A stretch of 59,292 nt of DNA from a virus (taxonomy: Duplodnaviria > Caudoviricetes). The DNA is taken from positions 1 through 59,292 of the IMG/VR virus record IMGVR_UViG_3300030708_002074, one strand, 5' to 3'. Below are positions 39,213-47,787 of the stretch, one piece after another; the first letter of the stretch is position 1; each line of letters starts with the position of its first letter. Made by a program: the position numbers and the translations under genes. Below the pieces are notes generated by a model, which saw only the letters and a program-made list of their open reading frames with translations, searched no databases and was not told where the DNA came from.

Positions 39213-39250
39213 GGTTGCCCCTTTTGTCAGGCAAGGGGCCAGCCTTCAGG
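39213..39250 (-). promoter_or_regulatory. Element B copy 2
   Basis: Stem GCCCCTT/AAGGGGC, loop GCCTGACAA; the -35 position is degenerate (CTGAAG). Confidence 0.7.
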
Positions 39251-39252
39251 TT

Positions 39253-40587
39253 CTATTCGTGAAGATCACTGTGATTAGCAATCTTGCGGTTGATGCTACG
39301 CATCACATGCTCCTCGATGGAGTTGGCAGCGACCAGCACTTGTTGCAGGGCATCTGACTTAGCACCGTTGCGGTGAATCCTGCCGAGAACCTGCTGGTAA
39401 TCCTTGCTGTTGAATGTAGGGCAGATGAAGGAGACACGCGGGCGATTGCCTTGGGTGTCATGCAACGATATGCCGGTTCCCCCCGCACTGATGTTACATA
39501 TGATGCAGTGCGACTCGTCACGTTGGAACGCATCGATTGCAGCCTGACGTTCATGCGGTGTTTGTGAGCCGTCAATCTTTCCACAATGGAGACGGGCGGT
39601 GAGCGCGTCCACCGTATCAGAAAAGTTCACAAACAAGACAACGCTACTTCCTGCGGCCATTGCATTCTCTGCCATGTCAGCCAGATCGACTGCCTTGTAA
39701 CTCTCAGCAAGCTGTCGAGCACGTAGCAGGTTCACCAGAACATACTCACTGTCAGTCACCGTGCCCTTTTGAATGAACTCATCGATGATTTTAGGAGTCA
39801 GGCCAATGTCGTTGTAAGCCTTCAGAATCTTAGCGTTGGATCTGAAGTTCACAGGAGTAGTGAAGACACGGTTGTTCCTGAATGAATCAGGGAAATCCTC
39901 AATAGCGAGGCGGTGTGTGCTCACCCCATACATCTTGGAACGGAGGAGTGGTAGCTTGGTGCGATCAGTCATCTTGTAGCTTCCCCACTGATCTTGCGTT
40001 ACTCCATGCTGCTTCATGAAAGACCAGAAGTGATACAGCGTGCCCTTGCTATGCTTGTTAGAATGAAGACCAAGGATGTAACCCAGTGCCTTCATCTCAC
40101 TGGCATCCTCGCAAGGTGTGCCCGACATGCAATGAATGCGGTAACCCTGATCAACAAGTTGGATAGCCATCTTGCTGTTGGTGGTGTTCATGCCTTTGCA
40201 CTTGTGAACCTCATCGATCAGGACGAGTGTGTCAGTTGGGAGTTCCTGTTCGTTCCAGACAAAGGAGACAAACTTCTTACCAGTCTTGGTGACCTTGGTA
40301 ACCTTGTCCAAATAAGGAGTGTTACCTGTCTTTAGTCTCTCCAAGTTAAGAATGAAGGTAGGCTTGATGCCAACTTCCTCCATCTCTCGCTCCCATGACG
40401 GGAGCACTGCCTTCGGCGCGATGATTGCCACCGGCTTCCCATAGTCACGCGCAAGGTGACAAGCTACGATTGTCTTGCCCGTTCCCATGTGAGAGGAGTC
40501 GAGCGTGTTACCCCCAGAGAGGAGTCTCTTCAGGAAGAAGAGCACAGCTTGGACTTGCGGCGGGAATAATGTTTTTGGTATTCTCAT
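39253..40587 (-). CDS. SF2 (SNF2/ResIII-like) helicase
   Basis: HMGTGKT, IAPK, LIDEVH, MSGTP, AGGTGISL, QVLGRIHR; start moved to ATG 40587. Confidence 0.9.
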   Translation of the reverse strand: MRIPKTLFPPQVQAVLFFLKRLLSGGNTLDSSHMGTGKTIVACHLARDYGKPVAIIAPKAVLPSWEREMEEVGIKPTFILNLERLKTGNTPYLDKVTKVTKTGKKFVSFVWNEQELPTDTLVLIDEVHKCKGMNTTNSKMAIQLVDQGYRIHCMSGTPCEDASEMKALGYILGLHSNKHSKGTLYHFWSFMKQHGVTQDQWGSYKMTDRTKLPLLRSKMYGVSTHRLAIEDFPDSFRNNRVFTTPVNFRSNAKILKAYNDIGLTPKIIDEFIQKGTVTDSEYVLVNLLRARQLAESYKAVDLADMAENAMAAGSSVVLFVNFSDTVDALTARLHCGKIDGSQTPHERQAAIDAFQRDESHCIICNISAGGTGISLHDTQGNRPRVSFICPTFNSKDYQQVLGRIHRNGAKSDALQQVLVAANSIEEHVMRSINRKIANHSDLHE

Positions 40588-40613
40588 TTTTTGTTTTGTT
40601 GTTTTGTTCTTAA

Positions 40614-40657
40614 GGGTGCCCCTTTTATCAGGCAAGGGGCCAGCCGTCAATTCTTTT
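40614..40657 (-). promoter_or_regulatory. Element B copy 3
   Basis: AAAAGAA-TTGACG-17-TAAAAG with TGn; stem GCCCCTT/AAGGGGC, loop GCCTGATAA. Confidence 0.8.
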
Positions 40658-40662
40658 CGCGA

Positions 40663-41199
40663 TTAGTAACCCTCCAACTGAGGAGGGTGCTTTGCGTCCC
40701 ATTCTTCCATAGAGCAACGAGCCGACTCATACAGTTCACGATCTACCCTCTGAAGGATAGAGTAGTGAACTGCGTCGAGCAGTGAACGGAAGCACCCGCA
40801 ATCATCGTCAGGGTTGACGGGTTCCGGTGGTTCCGGTGGTTCCCAACGGGAGACGTAGCCGCCCCCTTCGTAAGTCCCGCGAACCCAAACAGGATAGCGT
40901 TTGGTTTCCGGTCCCCCGATCCGCTTGCGTGGTGGCGGGATCTCCGCTTCCACTTGGTAGTAGACAACCTCACCATCCGTCAGGCAATGCTCTGCACCCG
41001 TTCCGGTGTAAGGGATAAGCTCCCAGCCTCCACCTAATGTGTCCCGTTGGGCGGATGGTAGCGAGGAAAGATTGCACTTTGTCTTGAGCAATTCAGAAGC
41101 AACGAACACATCCCGTTCGTCTGCGGGGATGCAGGTTACTTCTCCATCTTCCACCTCATGGAAGGCGGGGAGTTCAATAGCATGTATTGGAGTTATCAT
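40663..41199 (-). CDS. Hypothetical early protein
   Basis: 178 aa, lying between element B copies. Confidence 0.65.
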   Translation of the reverse strand: MITPIHAIELPAFHEVEDGEVTCIPADERDVFVASELLKTKCNLSSLPSAQRDTLGGGWELIPYTGTGAEHCLTDGEVVYYQVEAEIPPPRKRIGGPETKRYPVWVRGTYEGGGYVSRWEPPEPPEPVNPDDDCGCFRSLLDAVHYSILQRVDRELYESARCSMEEWDAKHPPQLEGY

Positions 41200-41228
41200 C
41201 TTATTCTGGTTTGTTGTTCTGTTCTTAA

Positions 41229-41264
41229 GGTTGCCCCTGTTTGTCAGGCACAGGGGCTGAAGCC
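41229..41264 (-). promoter_or_regulatory. Element B copy 4
   Basis: Stem GCCCCTGT/ACAGGGGC, loop GCCTGACAA; no -35 match. Confidence 0.7.
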
Positions 41265-41276
41265 TTTGGGTTGTTT

Positions 41277-42830
41277 TCAGCCAAGGTCAACTGGAAGCCA
41301 AGTGCCCCAAGGATAGAGCTTCTCTCCCTGCCAGCCGTAGTCCAGCCAGACAACCTTGTAATCATACGGTTCCTCATCAGGCATCTGACTCCAATCAGTC
41401 TCACCATCCGTGAAGAAGAACAATGCACTGATCTCCTGATCAAGTTGCTCCTTCTCGATATAGGTGAACACCTTGTCCAACTCAGTCCACCCGTTCCCGA
41501 GGCTGGTGAGCTTATCAGGAAATGGATCACCGTAGTTAAGGTCCACAACCTCACCGACCTCATCGTCAATGGGGATCAGGATCACTCTTGAGAACTCCTT
41601 GTTAAGAGCAAACTCTTGAGCACGGGCGATCTGATCTTTCAACTCAGACTCACCAATGGAGCCAGACATATCGAATGCGAATGCAACCGTGCCAAGGGTT
41701 GGCTTGTCCCGTGCATCCCCAAGGCATCCCGTTGTGACATACGTATCATGATCGTATGGTGAACCCCACTTGGGATCGGTCATGTCATCCAGCACATCGG
41801 ACAGCAGTTCATCCCAAGGAACGGGATCACCGTGAACCTCATGCGCTGCTTCAGCGGCCCTTGCTTCCTTTAGATCTTTCTCAGATAAGAAAGTCTCACC
41901 CTTCATCTCAGCAATGGAGGAGCTGAGAACTACGGAGTTGATATTCTCTCGCTCCTGCTTCTCGACCTCTTCCAGTGTGGAGCCTTCAGGAATCTCAGGG
42001 GGGAGAACATCACCACCAAGTGAAGAGTCACCATGATCTGATTGGCTGGCACCGATGGAGTTGGCAATGGATTGTCCATCGTCACCGTCCTGCTGGTCGT
42101 CACCACCATCTTGCTGGTCGTCACCACCATCTTGCTGGTCGTCACCGTCCTGCTGGTCATCGTCACCACCATCTTGCTGGTCGTCACCGTCCTGCTGGTC
42201 ATCGTCACTGCCACCTTGCTGGTCGTCATCCTTGGGAGGATCAGGACTCTTCATGAGCAGTTGGTAGATGCCCCTGATTGTCATGTTCCCATACCCACTG
42301 ATCACTTGCTCACGGGGGTCCATGTTCTGCTTCTTGCCTTCAGCAAGGAGAGCATCATGGCAGGGTGTGAACTTACCATGCTCATCCTCAAACTCTATGA
42401 TCGGGAATGGAGTGAAGCCGATCTTAGGTTCAAGGCTAAGGTTCCGCTGGTGGATAATCCAGTTGTGATGGAAGTCCATAGCACGATTCGCATTCGCTCT
42501 GTCCTTCAGATCCGCAAACCTGATAGAGTCCATGCTGAATTTGTGGGAACCTTCATGAACCCAGAGGAATGAAACATTCCCTTCAGGATCATCCAATGCC
42601 TCCAGCCGCGACATCCCCTTGGGGTTGACCAGCACTGAGGTGTTACTGATAGCAGCGAAGTGCCCACATATCTCAGGATAGGGGCACCAATACCACTTCA
42701 TGCCAATGAGACCATCATAGATCTCAGGGGCATACCGCTTGCACCTACGCAACCCAGCAGCAGTCAGGTCATTACCCCTGACTGATGGTGAGAAACGCTC
42801 AAGCACATCTTCTATTTTCTTCTTAGCCAT
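41277..42830 (-). CDS. Metallopeptidase-vWA protein (DUF2201-like)
   Basis: WVHEGSH zincin motif with NRAMD; acidic linker; vWA MIDAS AFDMSGS...GWT...FFTDG. Start ATG 42830. Confidence 0.85.
   Translation of the reverse strand: MAKKKIEDVLERFSPSVRGNDLTAAGLRRCKRYAPEIYDGLIGMKWYWCPYPEICGHFAAISNTSVLVNPKGMSRLEALDDPEGNVSFLWVHEGSHKFSMDSIRFADLKDRANANRAMDFHHNWIIHQRNLSLEPKIGFTPFPIIEFEDEHGKFTPCHDALLAEGKKQNMDPREQVISGYGNMTIRGIYQLLMKSPDPPKDDDQQGGSDDDQQDGDDQQDGGDDDQQDGDDQQDGGDDQQDGGDDQQDGDDGQSIANSIGASQSDHGDSSLGGDVLPPEIPEGSTLEEVEKQERENINSVVLSSSIAEMKGETFLSEKDLKEARAAEAAHEVHGDPVPWDELLSDVLDDMTDPKWGSPYDHDTYVTTGCLGDARDKPTLGTVAFAFDMSGSIGESELKDQIARAQEFALNKEFSRVILIPIDDEVGEVVDLNYGDPFPDKLTSLGNGWTELDKVFTYIEKEQLDQEISALFFFTDGETDWSQMPDEEPYDYKVVWLDYGWQGEKLYPWGTWLPVDLG
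42077..42229 (-). repeat. Intragenic 18/21/24-nt tandem repeat encoding (D)DDQQDG(G) x7
   Basis: Seven TGCTGGTC cores between 42091 and about 42225. Confidence 0.9.
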
Positions 42831-42866
42831 TATGTTGTTTTGTTGTTTTTGCGTTAACACTCGGGA

Positions 42867-42886
42867 GGGTTAACGGGCGTTAACCC
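42867..42886. repeat. Element A palindrome copy 1
   Basis: GGGTTAACGGGCGTTAACCC; contains the TAA stop of 42880-43875. Confidence 0.95.
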
Positions 42887-43875
42887 CACGACATCATGTC
42901 GTCCTTTGCCTCCTCGATAATTGCAGCACCCTGCACGATGAGATCGATTGCCTCTTCCCTTTCAGGCGGTGCGGCATTCTTCATGTCCACATGCTGAATG
43001 CTACTTGCAGCCGTGTTGAACACCTTGCTGAGTTTATCCGCTACAACGTCTGAGATATTGTAGCGTGCCATAAGATCCTTGGCACCAGTGAGCGCATCTT
43101 GAATCTCATCCACCCTTTTCTGAGTCACCCTGCCATTCGGCTCGGTGTGGGACTTGTGGAGTGACTTGGCATTGTCCCGCATGGTCTTCACAAGATACTC
43201 CACCGCATTCAGCATGTTGTTATCTTGCAGCGTCTTGTTGTGATGCACTTGGGCAGCCGTCTTGTTCTTCACCTCATCAGCAATGGCCGTGAGGAATCCA
43301 CTACGTCCAACCTCTTCAGGCTCCGTGTAGAAGATAGCCTCGATACGGAACCAGTTCTTGAGATCATCTACATCAGGGTAGTTCATCTCCCTTGCGTTCA
43401 TACCGAGGCGTGCTTTCGATCTTGCGATCATCGTATCGTATTCCAACTCAAGGTCAGGACGAACCCTGTTGATCTCAGCATTGTGCTTGTCAATCCAATG
43501 CTCCATTGCAGCACGCTCTGAAGCAGCGATGCTGTAACCACCAGCAGCACTTGGCATGAGCCTCCCGATGAAGCCCGCCGCCTTTGCCGCTTCCCCAAGG
43601 TGATCCTTGGGATCGAAGATGGAGTTGAATGATCGTCCGATCTTGGCGATCTTACCAAGGGCACACTTGGGTTCCTCTTGTTTTTTGTAAGGAACAGGTT
43701 TGAACATCGTGTCCCTACAACGGGCACTGGTAGAACCCGTGAGTTCCTTGATCGTGGACGAGGCGTTCTTCAGATTCTTACTATTCTTGGACCATGTTGA
43801 TTTGACCTTCGTCTCAACACGGAGGGTGGAATGGATGGAATTTGGAGCCGACAATTTGTTGAATGATTGTTTCAT
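42880..43875 (-). CDS. DUF3150-like protein (third component of an AAA-vWA module)
   Basis: EYDTMIARSKARLG...NYPDVDDLKNWF pattern; position between the AAA+ and vWA genes. Confidence 0.55.
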   Translation of the reverse strand: MKQSFNKLSAPNSIHSTLRVETKVKSTWSKNSKNLKNASSTIKELTGSTSARCRDTMFKPVPYKKQEEPKCALGKIAKIGRSFNSIFDPKDHLGEAAKAAGFIGRLMPSAAGGYSIAASERAAMEHWIDKHNAEINRVRPDLELEYDTMIARSKARLGMNAREMNYPDVDDLKNWFRIEAIFYTEPEEVGRSGFLTAIADEVKNKTAAQVHHNKTLQDNNMLNAVEYLVKTMRDNAKSLHKSHTEPNGRVTQKRVDEIQDALTGAKDLMARYNISDVVADKLSKVFNTAASSIQHVDMKNAAPPEREEAIDLIVQGAAIIEEAKDDMMSWG

Positions 43876-43904
43876 TTCTCTTTTTACTTTTGATTAAACC
43901 GAAA

Positions 43905-43943
43905 CCGCTTTTGTCAGGCAAGCGGACAGCCGTCAATTCTTTT
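43905..43943 (-). promoter_or_regulatory. Element B copy 5
   Basis: TTGACG-17-CAAAAG; stem CCGCTT/AAGCGG, loop GCCTGACAA. Confidence 0.75.
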
Positions 43944-43957
43944 CTAAAAAAGTAGAT

Positions 43958-43992
43958 AGGGGGAAGGTTAACGGGCGTTAACCCTCCCCCCT
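43958..43992. repeat. Element A copy 2, extended into a longer GC hairpin (possible terminator)
   Basis: AGGGGGAAGGTTAAC-GGGC-GTTAACCCTCCCCCCT; a T6 run follows 6 nt later on the minus strand. Confidence 0.85.
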
Positions 43993-43996
43993 GATG

Positions 43997-45295
43997 CTAC
44001 TTGAGGGAGGAGGCAGTCGCGCACTGAGCAAGATCCACTCCCTTGTATTGGCACTGATCGTAAAGATACTCAGCCACTCCCTTGTGCAAGGCACCAAGGA
44101 GATCGTGAGTGAACCATCCAGTCAGTTGCTTGTTGTGCAAGGCAACCTCCAATCCCTGATCAGAGATGTCCTGCTCCTGACAGAGCAGATCAAGCGCACC
44201 GATACAGAATCGATACTGTTTGTCAGGACTGCTAGGCAAGGCAGTGAGGTCACCGGCCTTGAACTTCTTCACATCTTCAATGATGTGACGAGTGGTTCCG
44301 ATCCACTGAGCACACTTCTCACCCTGCTCTCTTCCGAGGTAGCCAATCAGCATTGCCTCGAAAGCGTCAGAGCGGTAGTCGCCCCAAGGTAACATGGCAG
44401 CACGGGCGGCACGCTCATACGTTCTCCCCGTTGCAGCTTGTTGTCCACGGTAGGACTCAATCTCCTTGAGAGGATCATGCTTCTTACTACGCTTCTCAAA
44501 CTCCAGCCACTGGGTAACCTTGCTGGTCGCACACTTGTGACCGGCAGGATCTTCAATGACTGCTTTGACAGCAAGCACATCCTTCATCCTGAAGGGAAGT
44601 GACTCAAGCATGGACTCCAGACTGAGTGAAGGATCGTTCTTCAGATCAGCAAGGAGAACGTCCAGATCCGGTTTGCTGGTAGTAACCAGCGCCCTGTTCT
44701 GGAATGGAAGCGGAACGATCTTGGAGTTGGCACCATCATAAGGACGGTTACCCGTTCCAACAATCAGCATGTTGTCAGCACACTTGAACCCTCCCAGCAT
44801 CGGACCTTCCCATTCAGTCCCGACTCTGATCGGCATCATGTCATCATCAAGAACAACCTTACCTGCTTTGTTCCTTTTGTATTTAACAACCTCGCCGTCA
44901 GGATGAAACATATCCTGAAACTGATTGTATGAATGAGCCGATCCGTTTCCGATCTCCTCAATATTGTAGATGCCACGGTCACTGCCATGCTCATCGTAGA
45001 GCGGGACATCAACCCTGTTGGGAGCACCCTTGAGAAGTGGACCACCGGGATCTGCTGGGTTGGGGTAGATCTGCCCCCCATACACGGAGTAAGGTTGCTC
45101 CGTGAAGTTAGTCCGTTTGATCCATACCGCTCCAATCACTTGAGCCAGTTTCTTAACCAGCCAACTCTTACCGGAGCCAGCAGCTCCAAGCTGAATGAGG
45201 AAGGGATCTTTCTGGACCATGCACGCAAGTGCAAGGATCAGCATTGTGTGGAGGGACACATCGTTGCCCATACGGGCTTCGTCTTGTGGTTTCAT
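43997..45295 (-). CDS. MoxR-like AAA+ ATPase
   Basis: Walker A GAAGSGKS, Walker B variant IYNIEE, sensor-1 VGTGN, Arg finger PFQNR, ATGRTYE. Confidence 0.85.
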   Translation of the reverse strand: MKPQDEARMGNDVSLHTMLILALACMVQKDPFLIQLGAAGSGKSWLVKKLAQVIGAVWIKRTNFTEQPYSVYGGQIYPNPADPGGPLLKGAPNRVDVPLYDEHGSDRGIYNIEEIGNGSAHSYNQFQDMFHPDGEVVKYKRNKAGKVVLDDDMMPIRVGTEWEGPMLGGFKCADNMLIVGTGNRPYDGANSKIVPLPFQNRALVTTSKPDLDVLLADLKNDPSLSLESMLESLPFRMKDVLAVKAVIEDPAGHKCATSKVTQWLEFEKRSKKHDPLKEIESYRGQQAATGRTYERAARAAMLPWGDYRSDAFEAMLIGYLGREQGEKCAQWIGTTRHIIEDVKKFKAGDLTALPSSPDKQYRFCIGALDLLCQEQDISDQGLEVALHNKQLTGWFTHDLLGALHKGVAEYLYDQCQYKGVDLAQCATASSLK

Positions 45296-45326
45296 TATTA
45301 CGTTTTGTTTTGTTGTTGTTTAGGTT

Positions 45327-45370
45327 GGGTGCCCCTTTTGTCAGGCAAGGGGCCAGCCGTCAATTCTTTT
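45327..45370 (-). promoter_or_regulatory. Element B copy 6
   Basis: AAAAGAA-TTGACG-17-CAAAAG; stem GCCCCTT/AAGGGGC, loop GCCTGACAA. Confidence 0.8.
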
Positions 45371-45387
45371 CGAGAGGGGTTGGTGTA

Positions 45388-45407
45388 GGGTTAACGGGCG
45401 TTAACCT
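45388..45407. repeat. Element A copy 3
   Basis: GGGTTAACGGGCGTTAACCT; overlaps the TAG stop of the upstream gene. Confidence 0.95.
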
Positions 45408-46083
45408 ATTCGGTAAATCCTTTTGTTCCTTTGCGAATGAGGTGAGCAAGATGCTGCTGGTCTTTCTCTTCATCGGTTAGAGCCACAGCAGTGTTGATCA
45501 TGTAGTCATTCAGTATCTCCTCCCAATCAGGACCATAGTGCATCCACCTGCTGGGAAATGGGTTGATGTCATCCAACCTCTGCTTCAAGCGGCTTTCGTC
45601 TACCTGCACATCACACCCATTGATGAATGCAAAGGGTAGGCAGGTAGCTTTGCTGCCGTCCTCTTCATTATTGCCAAAGTCCATTGGGAGAAGGTTCGGT
45701 TTGTAGAACGGTTCATAGGACTCAGTTTGATATCTCTTGAAGATGGCAGTGTGCTTTGCCAGATCGTCATCAAGTTCCTTGTGCATACACTCATGTGCTT
45801 CAATCAACTTGTTCCCCAGACTGTGAGTCTCATCATACGATTCGATCTGCTTCTCGACCTCTTCATCAATCAGCAGATCTATATGCTCAAGATCCCACTC
45901 CGTTGCCCAACTAAAACCCGCCGCCAAGATGGCGAGGATATAGGACAGGGCGATGCCCGTGAGTCCAGCGTAATAGTCCCCATGAAAAATGGGGATCGCC
46001 CAGATGCAGGCTGATGCAATCGACATTACACATGCCGAACGTAACAGCCACATTTTCACTGTGAGTTTAGTTCTCAGTTTCAT
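45406..46083 (-). CDS. Hypothetical two-TM membrane protein
   Basis: Two hydrophobic N-terminal segments followed by an acidic domain; start ATG 46083. Confidence 0.65.
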   Translation of the reverse strand: MKLRTKLTVKMWLLRSACVMSIASACIWAIPIFHGDYYAGLTGIALSYILAILAAGFSWATEWDLEHIDLLIDEEVEKQIESYDETHSLGNKLIEAHECMHKELDDDLAKHTAIFKRYQTESYEPFYKPNLLPMDFGNNEEDGSKATCLPFAFINGCDVQVDESRLKQRLDDINPFPSRWMHYGPDWEEILNDYMINTAVALTDEEKDQQHLAHLIRKGTKGFTE

Positions 46084-46087
46084 TATC

Positions 46088-46180
46088 TCGTTTTGTGTTT
46101 TCGTTTTAACATGCTTGCACTTTGCAAACACAATACCGCCTAGGGTTAACGGGTGTTAACCCTAAGCGGAATGTATCTAC
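46088..46180. repeat. Long repeat copy 1, containing element A copy 4 (46143-46162)
   Basis: 93 bp, 91/93 identical to 46792-46884. Confidence 0.95.
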
Positions 46181-46557
46181 TAACGCACTACCCCAAAGGT
46201 GACGGTGTTACTCTCATGCTCCGCACCACTCCCTTCAGGACCAAAGGAGGTAATGGTGATACAGGCACCGTTCTTTATGGTTTCCACATACCACTTCCCC
46301 TTTCTCTGGCTCACCTTGAAACCCAAATCAAAAAGGTCACTGGCTTGGTTGATTCTCTGCATGGTGAGTTTAGTCCAATGCCCTTTGCCATCTTCATCCG
46401 CACCAGTGTTCAAGGTCACTGCATAATGAGGGTAAGCAGCGAAATCTGATTCAGCAGGTTCAAATGAAACGATATCAGTTTGATACAGGCGGATGATGGT
46501 CTTGCGACCTTCATACCGGATGGATGTAGCTTTCTTATACTGTAATGGAGTTCCCAT
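46180..46557 (-). CDS. Hypothetical early protein
   Basis: 125 aa bracketed by element A copies. Confidence 0.7.
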   Translation of the reverse strand: MGTPLQYKKATSIRYEGRKTIIRLYQTDIVSFEPAESDFAAYPHYAVTLNTGADEDGKGHWTKLTMQRINQASDLFDLGFKVSQRKGKWYVETIKNGACITITSFGPEGSGAEHESNTVTFGVVR

Positions 46558-46595
46558 TTTCTTATGTTGTTTTGTTCTGTTCTGTTTTACGTTGA

Positions 46596-46615
46596 GGGTT
46601 AACGGGTGTTAACCT
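46596..46615. repeat. Element A copy 5
   Basis: GGGTTAACGGGTGTTAACCT; overlaps the TAG stop at 46614. Confidence 0.95.
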
Positions 46616-46790
46616 ACGGGTTGAAAGGCAGTCCCATCTTGCGACCAAGATGGTAACTGATCTCGTCAATCTTTCGCGACAGTTGCTGCCGCGTAGCCGG
46701 TGTGAGGACCGGCCCACTATCAGCCAGCCTCATCTTATAGTTTGCAAGGAGTGCTTTCAGCTCTTCCTTGCTCATATCTTCCAGTTTCAT
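46614..46790 (-). CDS. Hypothetical 58-aa helical-hairpin protein
   Basis: MKLEDMSKEELKALL...GPVLTPATRQQLSRKI, loosely LEM/SAP-like; start ATG 46790. Confidence 0.6.
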   Translation of the reverse strand: MKLEDMSKEELKALLANYKMRLADSGPVLTPATRQQLSRKIDEISYHLGRKMGLPFNP

Positions 46791-46791
46791 T

Positions 46792-46884
46792 TCGTTTTGT
46801 GTTTTCGTTTTAACATGCTTGCACTTTGCAAACACAATACCGCCTAGGGTTAACGGGTGTTAACCCTAGGCAGAATGTATCTAC
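46792..46884. repeat. Long repeat copy 2, containing element A copy 6 (46847-46866)
   Basis: Near-identical to 46088-46180. Confidence 0.95.
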
Positions 46885-47237
46885 CTAGCAATGGTTACGA
46901 TCCCAGCACGGGACTCATCAATCTGGTAAACCAAGGTGGTGTAGTGATTGTCCCTACCCGCGATAACCAGTTTCTTGTTATCGTAATGGTAAACCTTTTT
47001 GTTCACCCAGAAACGGTGACGACCTATGTTCTCTATGAGACGGCGAGCCACATCAAGAGAGATAAGGGTGTGCCGAGCGAAACCCCCGTTGGCGGAAAGA
47101 TGCTCGATAAGATCCTTCACCCACCAATCGTGCATGTCGCACACTTCCTCCCCAATGGGCAGATCGTGGATGTCAATCTTCGGAACGATCCAATGACCGT
47201 TGCTTCCAGATTCCAATAGTCTTTTGAATTTCTTCAT
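46881..47237 (-). CDS. Hypothetical early protein
   Basis: 118 aa bracketed by element A copies. Confidence 0.65.
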   Translation of the reverse strand: MKKFKRLLESGSNGHWIVPKIDIHDLPIGEEVCDMHDWWVKDLIEHLSANGGFARHTLISLDVARRLIENIGRHRFWVNKKVYHYDNKKLVIAGRDNHYTTLVYQIDESRAGIVTIAR

Positions 47238-47263
47238 TACTTTGTTTTTGGTTTTACGTTTGA

Positions 47264-47298
47264 GGGTTAACGGGTGTTAACCCTAAGCGAAATGTATC
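47264..47298. repeat. Element A copy 7 with the right arm of the long repeat
   Basis: GGGTTAACGGGTGTTAACCC followed by TAAGCGAAATGTATC. Confidence 0.95.
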
Positions 47299-47767
47299 AG
47301 GCATAAACAACGTGAGGATGCCCATCCTCATGCGCCTCCAAGGCAAGGTCCCTGCTGCTGGACTCAAGTTCCTTGGCAGAGGATGGCTTCTCAATGTGCC
47401 ACCATTGCGGTCCTTCTGCTCCCTCCATGTAATCATCCACCCACTTTTCCACATGGGTTACGGTCGCGGGAACATAGGACACACGGTTGTCCCATTGGGA
47501 CATATCGCAGTCTCTCCCGCCATATACGATGGCGACCATTTCTTCCTGCGCGTTCTCCTCAATTTTAAAGGCTAGCTTCTCCCTGCGAGAGAGCCTGTCG
47601 GAGAGTGATCTCTTTTCGAGATACTCTCTATTTGATATCCTTCCCAGCTTCCCGCAGAGCCAGCGGGTTTTAATGCTGGGATGGAGGTGCAATTTTCCAT
47701 CCACCACGTTCACCAGACCTTGCCTGATCCACCTAGTTGGGATGTAGGCAGTTGTTTGTTTCTTCAT
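47297..47767 (-). CDS. Hypothetical early protein
   Basis: Start ATG 47767 (MKKQTTAY). Confidence 0.65.
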   Translation of the reverse strand: MKKQTTAYIPTRWIRQGLVNVVDGKLHLHPSIKTRWLCGKLGRISNREYLEKRSLSDRLSRREKLAFKIEENAQEEMVAIVYGGRDCDMSQWDNRVSYVPATVTHVEKWVDDYMEGAEGPQWWHIEKPSSAKELESSSRDLALEAHEDGHPHVVYA

Positions 47768-47787
47768 TATATCGTTTTGTTCTTTTT

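Noticed and set aside
38358-40650. N-terminal extensions MTAG.LP.K starting at the TTG of element B
   Set aside because: The TTG is the -35 box, and it is out of frame in the 43905 and 45327 copies.
46131-46177. Resemblance of TAGGG...CCCTAAGCG to a pistol ribozyme
   Set aside because: The required P1, P2 and P3 elements and spacing are absent, and the match is on the non-transcribed strand.
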